DNA of 64,000 nucleotides from the NCBI RefSeq assembly GCF_001194135.2, contig NC_069000.1, positions 22,383,362-22,447,361 on the forward strand, read 5' to 3'. Shown here one piece after another: positions 11,763 to 23,638 of the stretch (its first letter is position 1; each line of letters begins with the position of its first letter). This stretch comes from Octopus bimaculoides. Lineage: Eukaryota. A program made the position numbers and the translations under genes. The notes beneath the pieces are model-generated. The model was given only the letters and a program-made list of their open reading frames with translations, was not told the DNA's origin and searched no databases.

Positions 11763-13042
11763 ATTTAGGCAATGGATGACAGTATAAAGTATAAGACATC
11801 TCTTTGGTTATCATCTCTTTGTAATCTTGATTCAAGTCTCACTGAAGTCAACCTTGTTTTTAACTTTCACGAAGAACAATAAAAAGTATGTACCTGTTGA
11901 ATTTTTGTGGGTTCATCAATGCCTTTCATCTTTCAGGGTCAATGAAATAAAGTACCAGTCATATACTGCGTTAATTTGGTCAAGTACACACCTATGTACT
12001 GGTCTTGAGGGGCTGCAGTTCATGAGTGAGATGACAAAAGACCACAAGTGGTGGCAAGATGTGCCGCACAAAACCTGCTCAACCTAAATAGGCATCGTAA
12101 ACTGGACATAAATTGGTGATGATGATGATGACAATGACGGCAACGGTGATGATGATGGGAATAATGGTGATGATAATGATGACATTGTCAATGATGATGA
12201 TGGTGTCACCGCTGCTGCTGTGATGACAAGGATGATGATGATGAAGAGGAGGAGAAGGAGGAGGAAAACAATGACAAGAAGATGATGATGATGGTGTTGA
12301 TGATGACAACAACAGCAAACGATGATAATGATAACAATGACGGTGATGTTGATGATGAAAGTGGTAGTGGTGGCAATGATGAAAGTGGCAGAAGTGGTGG
12401 TGGTGGTGGTATTAGTGATGGTAGTGGTGGTGGTGGTGATGAGTTATCATTCAGGCATCTATCGTTATTATTGACAATGTTATTGTTATTAGGTTATTCA
12501 ACAGTCTGTTATTCCACAAGGATGGAATCAAAATCAGATATGGCAGTTTCTATGTTTAATTAGTGTCTACACAGGCTATATATCTATTGAGCTGAAGGTG
12601 GAGAAGCCATAGTTGGCCAGGATGATTGTATTTCAAACTGTAGACTGAAAGATTCATGTTTCAAATCTCATTACTATTGCTTCACTTTATTTGTAGACAA
12701 AGATGCTCTACTCTCAAATGATTCCACTCCACTTAACTGTAAATAAGTACCATGTGATGGTTCTAGAAGTGAGATAGTTATCTAGATAAAGATTTTTGGA
12801 GCACATGCTCATAGGTAATGAGATAAAATCTGACACTGGTATTTCATTGTTCCTCTGAGAATAGTATTTTGCAAAAAAACCCCAAAAAAACCCCAACGCA
12901 CTGCCTCGTCTAGGAATTGAAACCACAATCTCATGAATGTCAGTGCAGCACTCTAAGCACTAGGCCACGTGCCCTCATATATATAAATCCTCCTCCTCCT
13001 CTTTAGAAATATTCCATTATACATCTGTATCCCACATCTTAC

Positions 13043-13115
13043 CTGCTAAGTGTGATGAAGCCAAAAGTAAGGACATACACCTCTGGTTCAAGGAATGTTC
13101 TTGAAGATATTCATG
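13043..13115 (-). CDS. Candidate coding exon, unknown protein (HEYLQEHSLNQRCMSLLLASSHLA)
   Basis: TTATAG acceptor (weak pyrimidine tract), strong CAG|GTAAGA donor, one open frame; no homology recognised. Confidence 0.25.
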
Positions 13116-13803
13116 CTATAAGTAATTGTTGTTGTTGTTTTAGCATTAGTTCCATCTAAACTGAGTTATAATTTCAGAAGGAGCTAAGCAGGAACCAAAC
13201 AGGGAGCTCTTCGTAGTAATTCAATCTGCTAGAAATAGCAAGCAAATCTCTACCAAAACACACTTTACTGTCTTAAAATGAAAGAACACATTTCTTCATG
13301 TAATCATACTTACAATTATGTTTGGAAAGATGGTAAGGTTATAACTGGAATGTATTTGGTTATAGGTGTGCTCAGTTAGAGCCCATCTGAGGCTATATCA
13401 TAAAAACAGTGACCACCATACTATCACTATTGAAGCTCGTTTTTTGTTTTTATTTGCATTTGCTCTATTTTATTTAGCAATTTCATATCTTTTGATAACT
13501 ACAATTTGAATTGTATGAATTATCTCAGGTGACCCACGTATTAGAAACCAACTATGTGGCACCTTAGACAAATATCTCCTGCTATAGTCTTGGGCCAGCT
13601 AAAGTCTTGAGAGCAGATTTGGTAGACAGAAACTGAATGGAGCGCCTGTTGTGTGTGTATGTATGCATATGTATGTATATATATATATATATATATATAT
13701 ACTGGAGTAAGCACATAAATGTGCAATAAGGAGGAATAAAAGAGTACTCAAATACCAGAGGTAGAGTAATATGCTTTATTTAAAAGCAGCAGAAATATAA
13801 CAA

Positions 13804-13849
13804 AAAACTGTTACTCAGGGTTTCACATTCCCGTTCATCAGACAGTTTT
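13804..13849 (-). ncRNA. Type I hammerhead ribozyme motif in a PLE-type 3' fragment (about 13725-13865)
   Basis: Minus strand AAAACTGT-CTGATGA-ACG GGAA TGT-GAAA-C CCTGA G-TA-ACAGTTTT: 8-bp stem I, intact core, short stem II, minimal stem III, GUA triplet. Confidence 0.7.
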
Positions 13850-14109
13850 GTTCTAACTGAATTTCTTCTTATATGTTACATTTTTTTGAGTTCAAAATTC
13901 TGTTGAGTCAGCTTTTACCTTTCATTCTTCTGAAGCTGATAAAATATGTACCAATTGAGCACTGGGGGAGGGGGGCTCAATATAGCTGTCTTACCCCCAT
14001 ATCCAAAATAGCTGGCATTGCCAACATTTGAAACCATTATTAGTAATATTGCAGTACTGTAGCCTGGAGCTTTTGGATTTACTTATATTATATATGATAG
14101 TGAACTGTT

Positions 14110-14345
14110 ATAGCACCCATAGAAGTGTCACCTAAAAGCACTCATGCGAGTGCCTATGCTGGTGCCACATAAAAGCGCCCAGTACACTCTGTACAGTGGT
14201 TGTCATTAGGAAGGGCATCCAACTGTAGAAACCATGCTAAAACTGACAAATGGAACTTGGTCAGCTGGACTCCTGTCAAACCATACAACCTATGCCAACA
14301 CGGAGAATGGATGTTAAAAGATGATGATGATGATGATGATGATGA
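14110..14345 (+). mobile_element. RTE-associated 3' tail repeat with (GAT)n
   Basis: GGTGCCACATAAAAGC...TTAGGAAGGGCATCC...GATGATGAT. Confidence 0.7.
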
Positions 14346-14467
14346 TATTCTTTACACTGCAATAATACAAGTAAAAGCAAAGATTTTGTTTCTGCTGGAA
14401 CATGAAGACATTGTAATTAAGCAGAGTCAACTAGCTTAGCTGACTACCAGCATGCAAGAAACTGGCT

Positions 14468-14690
<223 letters not shown>

Positions 14691-15376
14691 TTCTGAATGC
14701 TACATCATGTAAAGTAAATTTCTGATTGAAGAATTTCCTGTCTCATGTCAGTCATTATTACAAGTAGTGTCGCATGTCTGAAGATTGAGTTTTGGAATTT
14801 TCTTCTACAACATTCCTTTACAATGCAATAATAATAATGTCTGTTTAATTCTCATCACACCCTTCACCAGATCTAGTGGTGTCAACCATTTCGAGCGACC
14901 CACATGCGAGAAGCCAGTATTGATATGCATTTAAATATATGCATCGACATTTGTGAATGCCACATGCAAGAAAAGATGCCTGTTAAAGAAGAATTTACTC
15001 ATTCCAGTCAATAATATTTCATCTAAATTCTAAGCCACTTCTCAAAGCAGAAGCAGAATCTAATTTCAGAATTTTGTTTGCTACAGAGTTGATGCCGCTA
15101 TCATTAATCTTAACCAATGCCGTCCCAATCAACTTTTATTATATTTCTGCCCTAACCCAGTGCCGACACCCTCCAAACCCCCTCTCCCCCTACAACAACA
15201 ACAACACTGCTTCCTGACCACAACTACTATCACTACGATCTAGTTACTATCCAATCTCTATCACAACAACCCAATCGCCATCTCTGTCTCCGCTACTACC
15301 GTTCAGTTAGTCATATATTCATACATATGTGTATGTATATATATGTGTGTGTGCGTGTGCTTGTGTGTATATGTTT

Positions 15377-15421
<45 letters not shown>

Positions 15422-15482
15422 CATCTATATATATATATTTATACACACACACATACCTTCATATATATATATATATATATAT

Positions 15483-15516
<34 letters not shown>

Positions 15517-15779
15517 GATTTTAAAGACTCTTGTCTTGACTACTGTATTGTGCTGTTGCAGTTGCAGCTGTTGCCACCACCACCACCACCACCACCACAA
15601 TGACTACTACTACTACTACTACTACTACCATTGTGCCATTACTTGTTATCAATGTTGTAACTAGTTTAATTATGCTTCCTACAGGACCATGCAACCCAAG
15701 GTCTTGCTTAGATGAGAATCGTTCTTGTCCCTTTTCCTATTAAGATCCTCCCATGCTGTTGTTCATAATCTGCCCTTAC

Positions 15780-16250
15780 TTTGTATTTAAGGAATTTTTG
15801 GATAATTCTTGCTGATTCAAGTAAACAATGGAGACCAAGCTTTCCAAGGTTTACTCTCAAATTCTTTATCATTCTTTATCACAGTTTCCATAGCTCCCAA
15901 TAATAATTGGCCAGATCATGACATTGGCATCTTCTTTATGCCAGCATTTGAGAATTTCATGCTTAAAATCAGTGTAAAATTTTACTTTCTTCTTCTTTCT
16001 TCATCTCATATCAAATGGCATGCCATATTAATTACAAGACATTTTCTTCTTATCAATGACTACAATATCAAGCTCTCTGTTGTCCATTGTTCTTTCAGTT
16101 TGCAAAGAAAAAATCCCATAACAGCCCCATTTCCTCATTTTCAAGGACTTTCATATTTGTTCCTAGTGAATGGTTATTGCTCTTTTCTGTACATGCAAAG
16201 CTAACCCTCCTGTCAAATTTCCAGTGAATTATTACAGCAATTCTCTCATG
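15780..16250 (-). mobile_element. R4/Dong-clade non-LTR retrotransposon, RLE domain, decayed
   Basis: Frameshifted translation ..IHWK..KVLENEEMGLLWDFFF..DNRELDIVVIDKKK..KFYTDFKHEILKCW..PIIIGS..SARII resembles VLEN..KILWDF..RRPDIVV..KYQDLK.EI.RLW..PIVIGALG. Confidence 0.65.
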
Positions 16251-16432
16251 TCTATTCTTTTTGCATTTATTTTGTACAAACTGTGTTTTCCGATGCGATG
16301 TGAACTATAGGTGCAAGTGTGGCTGTGTGGTAAGAAGTTTGTTTCCCAACCACACAGTTCAGGTTTCAGTCCCTCAGTGTGGCATCTTGGGCAAGTGAGT
16401 GGATTTGGTACACAGAAACTGAAAGAAGCCTA

Positions 16433-16492
<60 letters not shown>

Positions 16493-16662
16493 ACACGCAC
16501 ATATAAATATACATAAAGACAGGGCAAGCTGACAGAATCGTTAGCACGCTGGGTGAAATGCTTAGAGGTATTTCATCTGCAGTTACGTACTGAGTTCAAA
16601 TTCCATTGAGGTCGACTTTGCCTTTCAACCCCTCAGGGTCAATTAAATAAGTATCAGTTATT

Positions 16663-16966
16663 ATTATTTACATTTGATGGATATTTGTCCTCATCTTGTT
16701 TGTTGTTAACACAACATTTCGGCCGATATACCCTCCAGCCTTCATCAGGTGTCTTGGGGGAAATTTCGAACCTGGGTTCTCATTCCTAAGGTATTTTTCG
16801 ATGTTGTTATTATTATTATTCAGGTCACTGCCTGGAATGGAACTCGGAATCTTGGGGTTAGTAGCCCGCGCTTAACCACTACACTGTATACCCGTGGGTA
16901 TATCAGCCGAAACGTTGTGTTAGCAACAAACAAGATGAGGATAAATATCCGTCAATTGTAAATAAT
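16663..16966. mobile_element. PLE-type insertion with inverted 71-bp termini, directly after a truncated SINE B (16522-16660)
   Basis: 16663-16733 is the reverse complement of 16896-16966 (about 90% identity); carries a CTGATGA...GAAA motif on the minus strand. Confidence 0.7.
16708..16753 (-). ncRNA. Minimal type I hammerhead motif, probably dimer-type, with one substitution
   Basis: GACAC-CTGATGA-A-GGCTG GAGGGTATAT CGGCC-GAAA-TGT-T-GTGTT; the sister arm has GAAACGTTGTGTT with palindromic ACGT. Confidence 0.5.
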
Positions 16967-16999
16967 GTAACTAATGTACTTTTGTGACTTGCTCTTGAT

Positions 17000-17500
17000 C
17001 TCAACTATGGTGTTAAAATGGTGACCTGAAGAGATGGAAGTCCACAGGTGTTAAATCTGGTGGATAGAGTCGGTGCAGAAGTGATACCATGTTGTTTTTT
17101 GTGAGAAACTCACGAATGAGGAGAGCTTAGTGAAGAATCCAATTCTTTGCACTCCAAAGATCTGGCCACTTTCGCCAAATGTCCTCTCTCAAACACTTCA
17201 AAACCTCACAGTAGAACTCTCGATTGATGGTCTGGCCCTAGGGAATGAATTCTTGTTGCACAATGCCACATTTCTGGGGGTGATGCTTGTGACAGTTCTT
17301 CCAGATCATTCATCATCTTTCAGGGATATTCTTCCACTTTTGAAGCACATGTGCCACTCAAAACATTGCCTATTGCCTCATCACTGTAAGCTTGCCAAAG
17401 CATGCTCAATGTCTCTCACAACTTTCAGAGTAAACACAATGATATCACTCAGTACACTGCTTCATGAAAGTCACTGCTAGCTCTCACTGTGCACACAATC
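17000..17500 (-). mobile_element. mariner transposase remnant with an internal deletion
   Basis: N-terminal HTH-like segment joined to GIVQQEFIP*GQTINREFYCEVLKCLREDIWRKWPDLW..WILH..YPPDLTPVDF. Confidence 0.75.
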
Positions 17501-17529
17501 ATGTGCTGCCATCTGTTGGTGCTCGGCAG

Positions 17530-17698
17530 AACTAGCCTGGAAGCATTTTGATACCACCTTCTAGATTTGAAAAGTTTGATGTTGTGATAGTATATTTTAA
17601 AAATGACATTGTAGAATAGGTGTGGAAGTTCAGGTCTGGCTGGTTTGAACATAAAACAGGTAGAATATTTGAGCCAGATACGGCCAGTTTAAATGTCC
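17530..17698 (-). mobile_element. Partial piggyBac-type MITE (same family as 35346-35570)
   Basis: Reverse-complement match to TTTAAAC..GGCC..AATATTCTACCTGTTTTATGTTCAAAC.. Confidence 0.6.
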
Positions 17699-18223
17699 CC
17701 TCCTTAAACAGATAGAATCCTAAACTTGTTTCCTATAATTTTACAACAGCTTGAATATTTATTAACCCACGTCTTCCTCCTTTTTGTTTCATATATAGAT
17801 ACATATGTACATTGTGAGTCACTTCCTCATCTTCTTGTTGATATCTTTTGACTCCTCATCTTTTCTCAACATTATGATTTCTGTCTCATACCATTTTGAT
17901 GATACTGTTCCTAAGTAGATTGTTTATAGGATATTTCTTACATGCAATTTGGATTTAAGAATCTTGGCTGTGTTTAAAAAGCCTACTTCCCAACCATGTG
18001 GTCTCCAATTCAGTCCCATTGTGTAGGACCTTAGGCAAGTGCCTTCTACTATAGCCCTTGGTCAATCAAAGATTTGTAAATGTATTTGGTAGATAGAAAC
18101 TGAAAGAAGCCTGTTTGCATTTATATCTAAATCTATACCTGTATATCATCAAAAAATTCATAAATCAAAAAAAAAAATGCATTTGTATATTTGACATTTG
18201 CCATATTTCATTCCATAACCATC

Positions 18224-18306
18224 ATTTCTGAAGAACGCAGTGTTACATAACCGAACTGTTACCTAACACCCTGTTGAACCTCTAGTGTGAAACTGATTAG
18301 TAAGAT
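18224..18306 (+). ncRNA. Type I hammerhead motif with a long stem II loop
   Basis: ATTT-CTGAAGA-ACGC..46 nt..GTGT-GAAA-CTGATTAG-TA-AGAT; stem III ACTGATTAGT is one change from the palindrome ACTGATCAGT. Confidence 0.5.
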
Positions 18307-18323
18307 CAGCCATAATGGATATA

Positions 18324-18550
18324 CAGGGTGTCCACAAAAGATTGACACCATTTCATAGTCTATTAACATAGTCAATTCTCAAATGATCTCAAATTTTAAC
18401 AAAATGTGTAAAAACTAATTTTTGTCCTTTCTTTTCAGGATGAAGAATGATGTTCACTAGAAATGAAAAGGCGTTTTGTGTGCTAGAATATGCTTGAATA
18501 CAGTTAAACAAGAATGTGCAACATGCATTTTCAAGAAAATTCAATAAAAA
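18324..18550 (+). mobile_element. Tc1/mariner-type element, left end and start of the transposase (DUF4817-like)
   Basis: TA|CAGGGTGTCCACAAAA terminus; MFTRNEKAFCVLEYA*IQLNKNVQHAFSRKF from 18450. Confidence 0.7.
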
Positions 18551-18826
18551 CACATTTCTCAATACTAAATCATATCCTAATGCGACTACAAAATATTTAT
18601 AAAATTTGCACTAAAGGATCTAGTTGATTCTAGTCTTTGGCGTAAAGCTTTAAAATCATCCATGACCAGATGATTGACTTTACTTCTATTCCTTCCCTGA
18701 GAATATCTGTTATGAGCTTCATTTAGAATGAAGGGATTAATGCTATTACAATCAAAATAAAAAAGAGGATCTCCTCTTGAAAAATGACTCTTTTTATTTA
18801 TACATCTGCTAACCTGTCTCTTTCAG

Positions 18827-18880
18827 ATGGTAACTTCAGTCTTCCATGCTGCAGTGCATTATCTAACATTTTCTGAAATC
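18827..18880 (+). CDS. Candidate coding exon, unknown protein (MVTSVFHAAVHYLTFSEI)
   Basis: Branch point CTAAC, TCTCTTTCAG acceptor, GTAAGC donor; 54 nt, phase 0-0, only one open frame. Confidence 0.4.
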
Positions 18881-18953
18881 GTAAGCAATGTTAGACAATA
18901 CTTAATATATGAGTAGGGAACTAGATTATATCATCATCATCATCATCATCATC

Positions 18954-19373
18954 GTTTAACGTCCGCTTTCCATGCTGGCATGGGTTGGACGATTTGACTG
19001 AGGACTGGTGAAACCGGATGGCAACACCAGGCTCCAATCTAATTTGGCAGAGTTTCTACAGCTGGATGCCCTTCCTAACGCCAACCACTCAGAGAGTGTA
19101 GTGGGTGCTTTTACGTGTCACCCGCACGAAAACGGCCACGCTCGAAATGGTGTCTTTTATGTGCCACCCGCACAAGCCAGTCCAGGGGCACTGGCAACGA
19201 TCTCACTCGAAAATCCTATGGGAGCCAGTCAGGCGGTACTGGCAACGGCCACGCTCAAAATGGTGCATCTCATGTGCCACCCGCACAAGAGCCAGTCCAG
19301 GGGCACTGGCAACGATCTTACTTGGCTTGCCGGGTCTTCTCACGCACAGCACATTTCCAAAGGTCTTGGTCAG
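18954..19373 (-). mobile_element. Young RTE-tail retroposon with internal tandem modules and a (GAT)n tail
   Basis: First ~145 bp differ by one base from 33807-33953; the GTGCCACC..GCAC..GCCAGTC..GGCAACG module is repeated. Confidence 0.85.
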
Positions 19374-19659
19374 TAGTCATTATGCCTTTTTTAAATCAAT
19401 ATTCACAAACTTGTCATTTTCTTTTCACAGTTCAACAAGGCCATCTTTGGTCATTCATTCCTCTGCTCATTTTTTTCTCTTTTTATAGCATTTCTGTTTA
19501 TCAAACATTAAATGTTTTAGGTACAGATGTTGGTATATCCCTTGGTCAGTAAAAAATATGAAATTGTATGGTGATTTGAAACAGCATTTCCTATTAATTT
19601 GTCCTTGATATAAGACAAGTTTTTCCCATTAGTTAACTGCAATGATACATTGCCTTTGA

Positions 19660-20100
19660 TATACAACCACGGTTGACCAATCTAGCTGTCCCAAGGACTA
19701 CCTACAATCATAGTTGATCAATCAAGTTGTCCCGTTGTCTACCTACAATCATAGTTGACTAATCTAATTCTTCCATTTATTACCTAGTCATAGTTAACCA
19801 GTCAAGTTGTTCCAATGTCTATTCACAATAATATTTCATCAATCTATTGTTCCACCAACTACCTAATCACAGTTAACCAATCAAATTATCTCATTGGCTA
19901 TCTACAGTCATACTGGACCAGTCAAACTGTCCTACTGACTACCTACAATCCTAGTTGTTCAGTCTAGCTGTCCTGTTTATCTACAATCATAGTTGACCAA
20001 TCAAATTGTCCTAATACCTTCCCAATCATAGTTGACCAATCTAGTTATTTTTCTGACTACCTACAATCATTGTTAGATAATTTGGTTGTCTCACTAAGTA
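19660..20100. repeat. Degenerate ~41-bp minisatellite, about 10-11 units
   Basis: CTACCTACAATCATAGTTGACCAATC(TA/AA)GTTGTCC recurs at about 38-42 bp spacing. Confidence 0.85.
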
Positions 20101-20799
20101 TCTATCAAATATTGTCAAATGATTAGCTTGACTCGGGAGTCACTAAGCACAAAAACACTTTTGTTACTGCTACAGTTGCTACTACTACTAACAGCACCAC
20201 TGTTATTACTAATACTATTGCTGATACAGTGAAGTTTCGGTGACCTCTGTTGATACCACCACCGCCACCCCCTCACCACCACCACACCCCACCTCACCGT
20301 CATTATCGTTACTTCTATAACCAATGCTTGTTGCAAGATCCCATGTACTTCTTTGTTCTATCGCTTCAATTCATGTAGTAGTGTTCATTATTGATGTTAG
20401 TTCTTAAAAGAAACACTTCAATAATCCGCATCCCTACCCCTGCCCACCAACTATTGTTTCGAGATTCTCTTCATGTAAGTATGAAGTGGAGCTATCAGTT
20501 TTTTAATCAATGTAATCAATAGACCAGATCAAATTCTCAGGTAAACCCTTCAGTTTCGATTATTTATCTCGTTTATTCCTACATGTATATTGTTAGGTTC
20601 ACTTTTATCATTTAAGACCACCATTTTTTAGTATTATATTTCATCCTTCCTGGGTTATATATAAGCCCATCATATATATAAAATAAGTACCAGTTGAGTA
20701 CTAGGGTTAATATATTTAACTCATCCTCTCCCACAAAGCTGCTGGCCTTGTGCCAAAATTTGAAACCATTATTATTATTATTATTATTATTATTATCAT

Positions 20800-21460
20800 C
20801 AATATTATCTCAGGTTTTGTTGGAACTCCTTGAATTTTGCATGTGTAGGCTTGCAACCTGCAGCCTATGGTACAGTGCTATTTGTTTGTTTCAACTATCT
20901 AATACTTTCCTAATTATTCTGTGTCAAGGATGCAAACCTTTTGTAACGGTTCTATTGGGCACTCGATTCTGATTTCCTTTATATTCCTCTTGAAGCCTTC
21001 TGATACTCTACCCAAAGACCCAACAATAATTGGCACTGTCTTCACCTTCTTCATTTTCCATAGCTGGGCTATTTCATACTTAAGAGGACCGTATCATCAT
21101 CAGCACATGGATGATGGGCTTTGTGTATTGATAAGAGTTTTCTCTTCTTGTCCAACTCCTTTAGCTAATCCTCTGTCCACTTCAGAATTCCAACATCATA
21201 CTGAACTGCTATGACTGTGCATGAGTCTATTGCCAAAATTATGTTTCTAGTATTCAGCTTTGAAACCAATATTTTTCTCGCTAATTGCAATTACTCTTTC
21301 TTTGTCTTGTCTTTCATATCATTGTGTTTTATTCCATGTACCTCAAGTATTCCTAGGTATTTATGTCTGGATTCAGGTTCAACTGCCTTCATCATTTCAC
21401 CAATTGGCATACATATGTCTTCTGTCCTGACAAGCTTTCCTCATCTTATCACCATCGTTT
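20800..21460 (-). mobile_element. R4/Dong-clade retrotransposon remnant, internally deleted, between two (TAA)n tracts
   Basis: ELDKKRKLLSIHKAHHPCAD joined to LKYEIAQLWKMKKVKTVPIIVGSLGRVS..PLQKVCILDT; (TTA)n at about 20768-20793 and 21465-21491. Confidence 0.75.
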
Positions 21461-21532
21461 TGAAATTATTATTATTATTATTATTATTATTTTCCTTAGC
21501 ATCTTTTTTCAATCCTGTTTCCATTTCTTGCC

Positions 21533-21995
21533 GATGGGAGGGAACATGTGGAAGGGGTAGACCCAGGAAGACATGGGACAAAGTAGTGAGAGAAGATCTT
21601 CAGATGCTGGACCTCACTGAGGAAATGACAAGGGACTGAGTCTCCTGGTAATTTGCTGTGCATGAGAAGACATATCAAGCTAAGTAAAATCATGGTTGTC
21701 CTTCCATTAAGGTATGTCCCCTGCATCCCTCTCCAGCTGAGTGTTTCTAATTTTGCGGGCTTGTGAGTACTGGTGTCATGTAAAAAAACAGCCATACTAA
21801 TGCCACATAAATGCACCTATGCTGGTGCTGCATAAAAACACCCAATACACTCGGTAAAGTGGTTGGTGTTAGGAAGGGCATCCAGCTGCAGAAACCATGC
21901 CAAAACAAACATGGAGCGTGGGCAGCTCTTCAGCTGGTTGCTCCTGTCAAACCGTCCAACTCATGCCAGCATGGAAAACAGACATTAAATGATGA
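21533..21995 (+). mobile_element. RTE-clade LINE 3' end
   Basis: EGTCGRGRPRKTWDKVVREDLQMLDLTEEMTRD, then the AGGAAGGGCATCCAG 3' UTR and (GAT)n. Confidence 0.8.
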
Positions 21996-22337
21996 TGATG
22001 GTGAGGATGATGAGGATGACGATGATGATGACAACAATGAAGATGATAATGGTTGTTACATAAATATTGATTTCTAACAGAGGCACAAGGCCACATATCT
22101 ATGAAAGATTTTATCAACTCCAGTACTTGACAGTTATTTTATTTGACAAAATTCTGGAAAGATGAAAGGAAAAATTGACTTTCATTGATTTTCAGAGTGA
22201 TTTGAATACAGGATGCAAAAGATTTCCCACAAACTTTAACATTATTACAATTACAACAAGGGTGGTGGATAAGGAAAATATTTAAGATCTGGACAAAATG
22301 CCTTGTAGTATTTAGTTTTGCCAAGTTAGAAAGAGAC

Positions 22338-22372
<35 letters not shown>

Positions 22373-23039
22373 GAGGGAGAGAGAGAGGGAAGGATGGAAG
22401 GAGAGAAAGACTGACAGAAAGAAAGAGAAAAAGAGAAAGAAAGAGTAAGTCCTAGAGAAAGAGAGAGAGAGAGAGAGTTACAAAGTGAAAATGGTTGACA
22501 GAAAGAACAGGATGTTGTACAATGACAGCTAAGATCAATGAAATCGACTATATTCTGAGTTCAAATCCTGCTACAGTTGATGAACCTTTATTGTCCTGTG
22601 AACAATAAAACAATTCCACAAAATAAATTAAGTACCAGTCATGTACTGGGATTGATTGAAGTACCAACAAATAATTGTGTTTGGTAAAGCTATAAAATAA
22701 ACTCTTCTTGTCCTTATTGTTACTGCTAGTTGTAGTAGTGGTGGTGGTGGTAGTGGTAATAGCAACAGCAGCTGCCGTAGAGGGAAAGGTAGGGGTGTTC
22801 TTGTTGTAATAATTGATGTTGTTGCAGCTGCATGCTCATTTATATATGCATATATGCACACAGAGAAATGGGTACGCTCAAAAGAGTTCAGAGATATACT
22901 GCATATATACATATTTATATACATACATATATATATTAATGAGTGCATGTGCGTGTGTATACCTTCATACACACACATATGTATGATGATGATGATATAC
23001 ATATATGTATGTATATGTATATATGCATGTGTATGTATA

Positions 23040-23244
23040 CAGAGTGAGCCAAAAAATACACACCAAGACATTTGACATGTTACTTATATTACATTATTAT
23101 TATTCATTTTGTATATCATGTAGAAGTACACGTGTATTTATCATTATTTTATTTATTTTATTCAATTTTAGAAAAATTGAAGCATGTCTTTGACAATTCT
23201 GGAGTGTGTTGAACTTCTTTCTATATGACTTTTGGTCCACCCTG
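23040..23244. mobile_element. Tc1/mariner-type MITE with TA duplications
   Basis: TA|CAGAGTGAGCCAAAA ... TTTTGGTCCACCCTG|TA (12 of 15 TIR match). Confidence 0.65.
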
Positions 23245-23257
23245 TATAAATACATAC

Positions 23258-23292
<35 letters not shown>

Positions 23293-23522
23293 GCATGCAT
23301 ATAGTTGTGTGTGCACTTTTATGTATGTGCATTTATTTATTGATCTACTTATCTGTCTGTCTATCTATCCTTCCCTCAATCCATCCGTATGCATGCATGT
23401 ATATATGTATGTATGTATGTATGAGATTGGAGCATGGTGCAGCCCAGTGGCTTGCCAGACCTCAGTCAAACCATCCAACCCATGCCAGCTTCGACAGCGG
23501 ATGACAAACAACGATGATGATG

Positions 23523-23562
<40 letters not shown>

Positions 23563-23589
23563 GTATATATCTATCTATCTATCTATCTA

Positions 23590-23638
<49 letters not shown>

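Noticed and set aside
19660-20100. Regularly spaced repeats resembling a CRISPR array
   Set aside because: Eukaryotic context, the units are degenerate along their whole length with no unique spacers, and there are no cas genes
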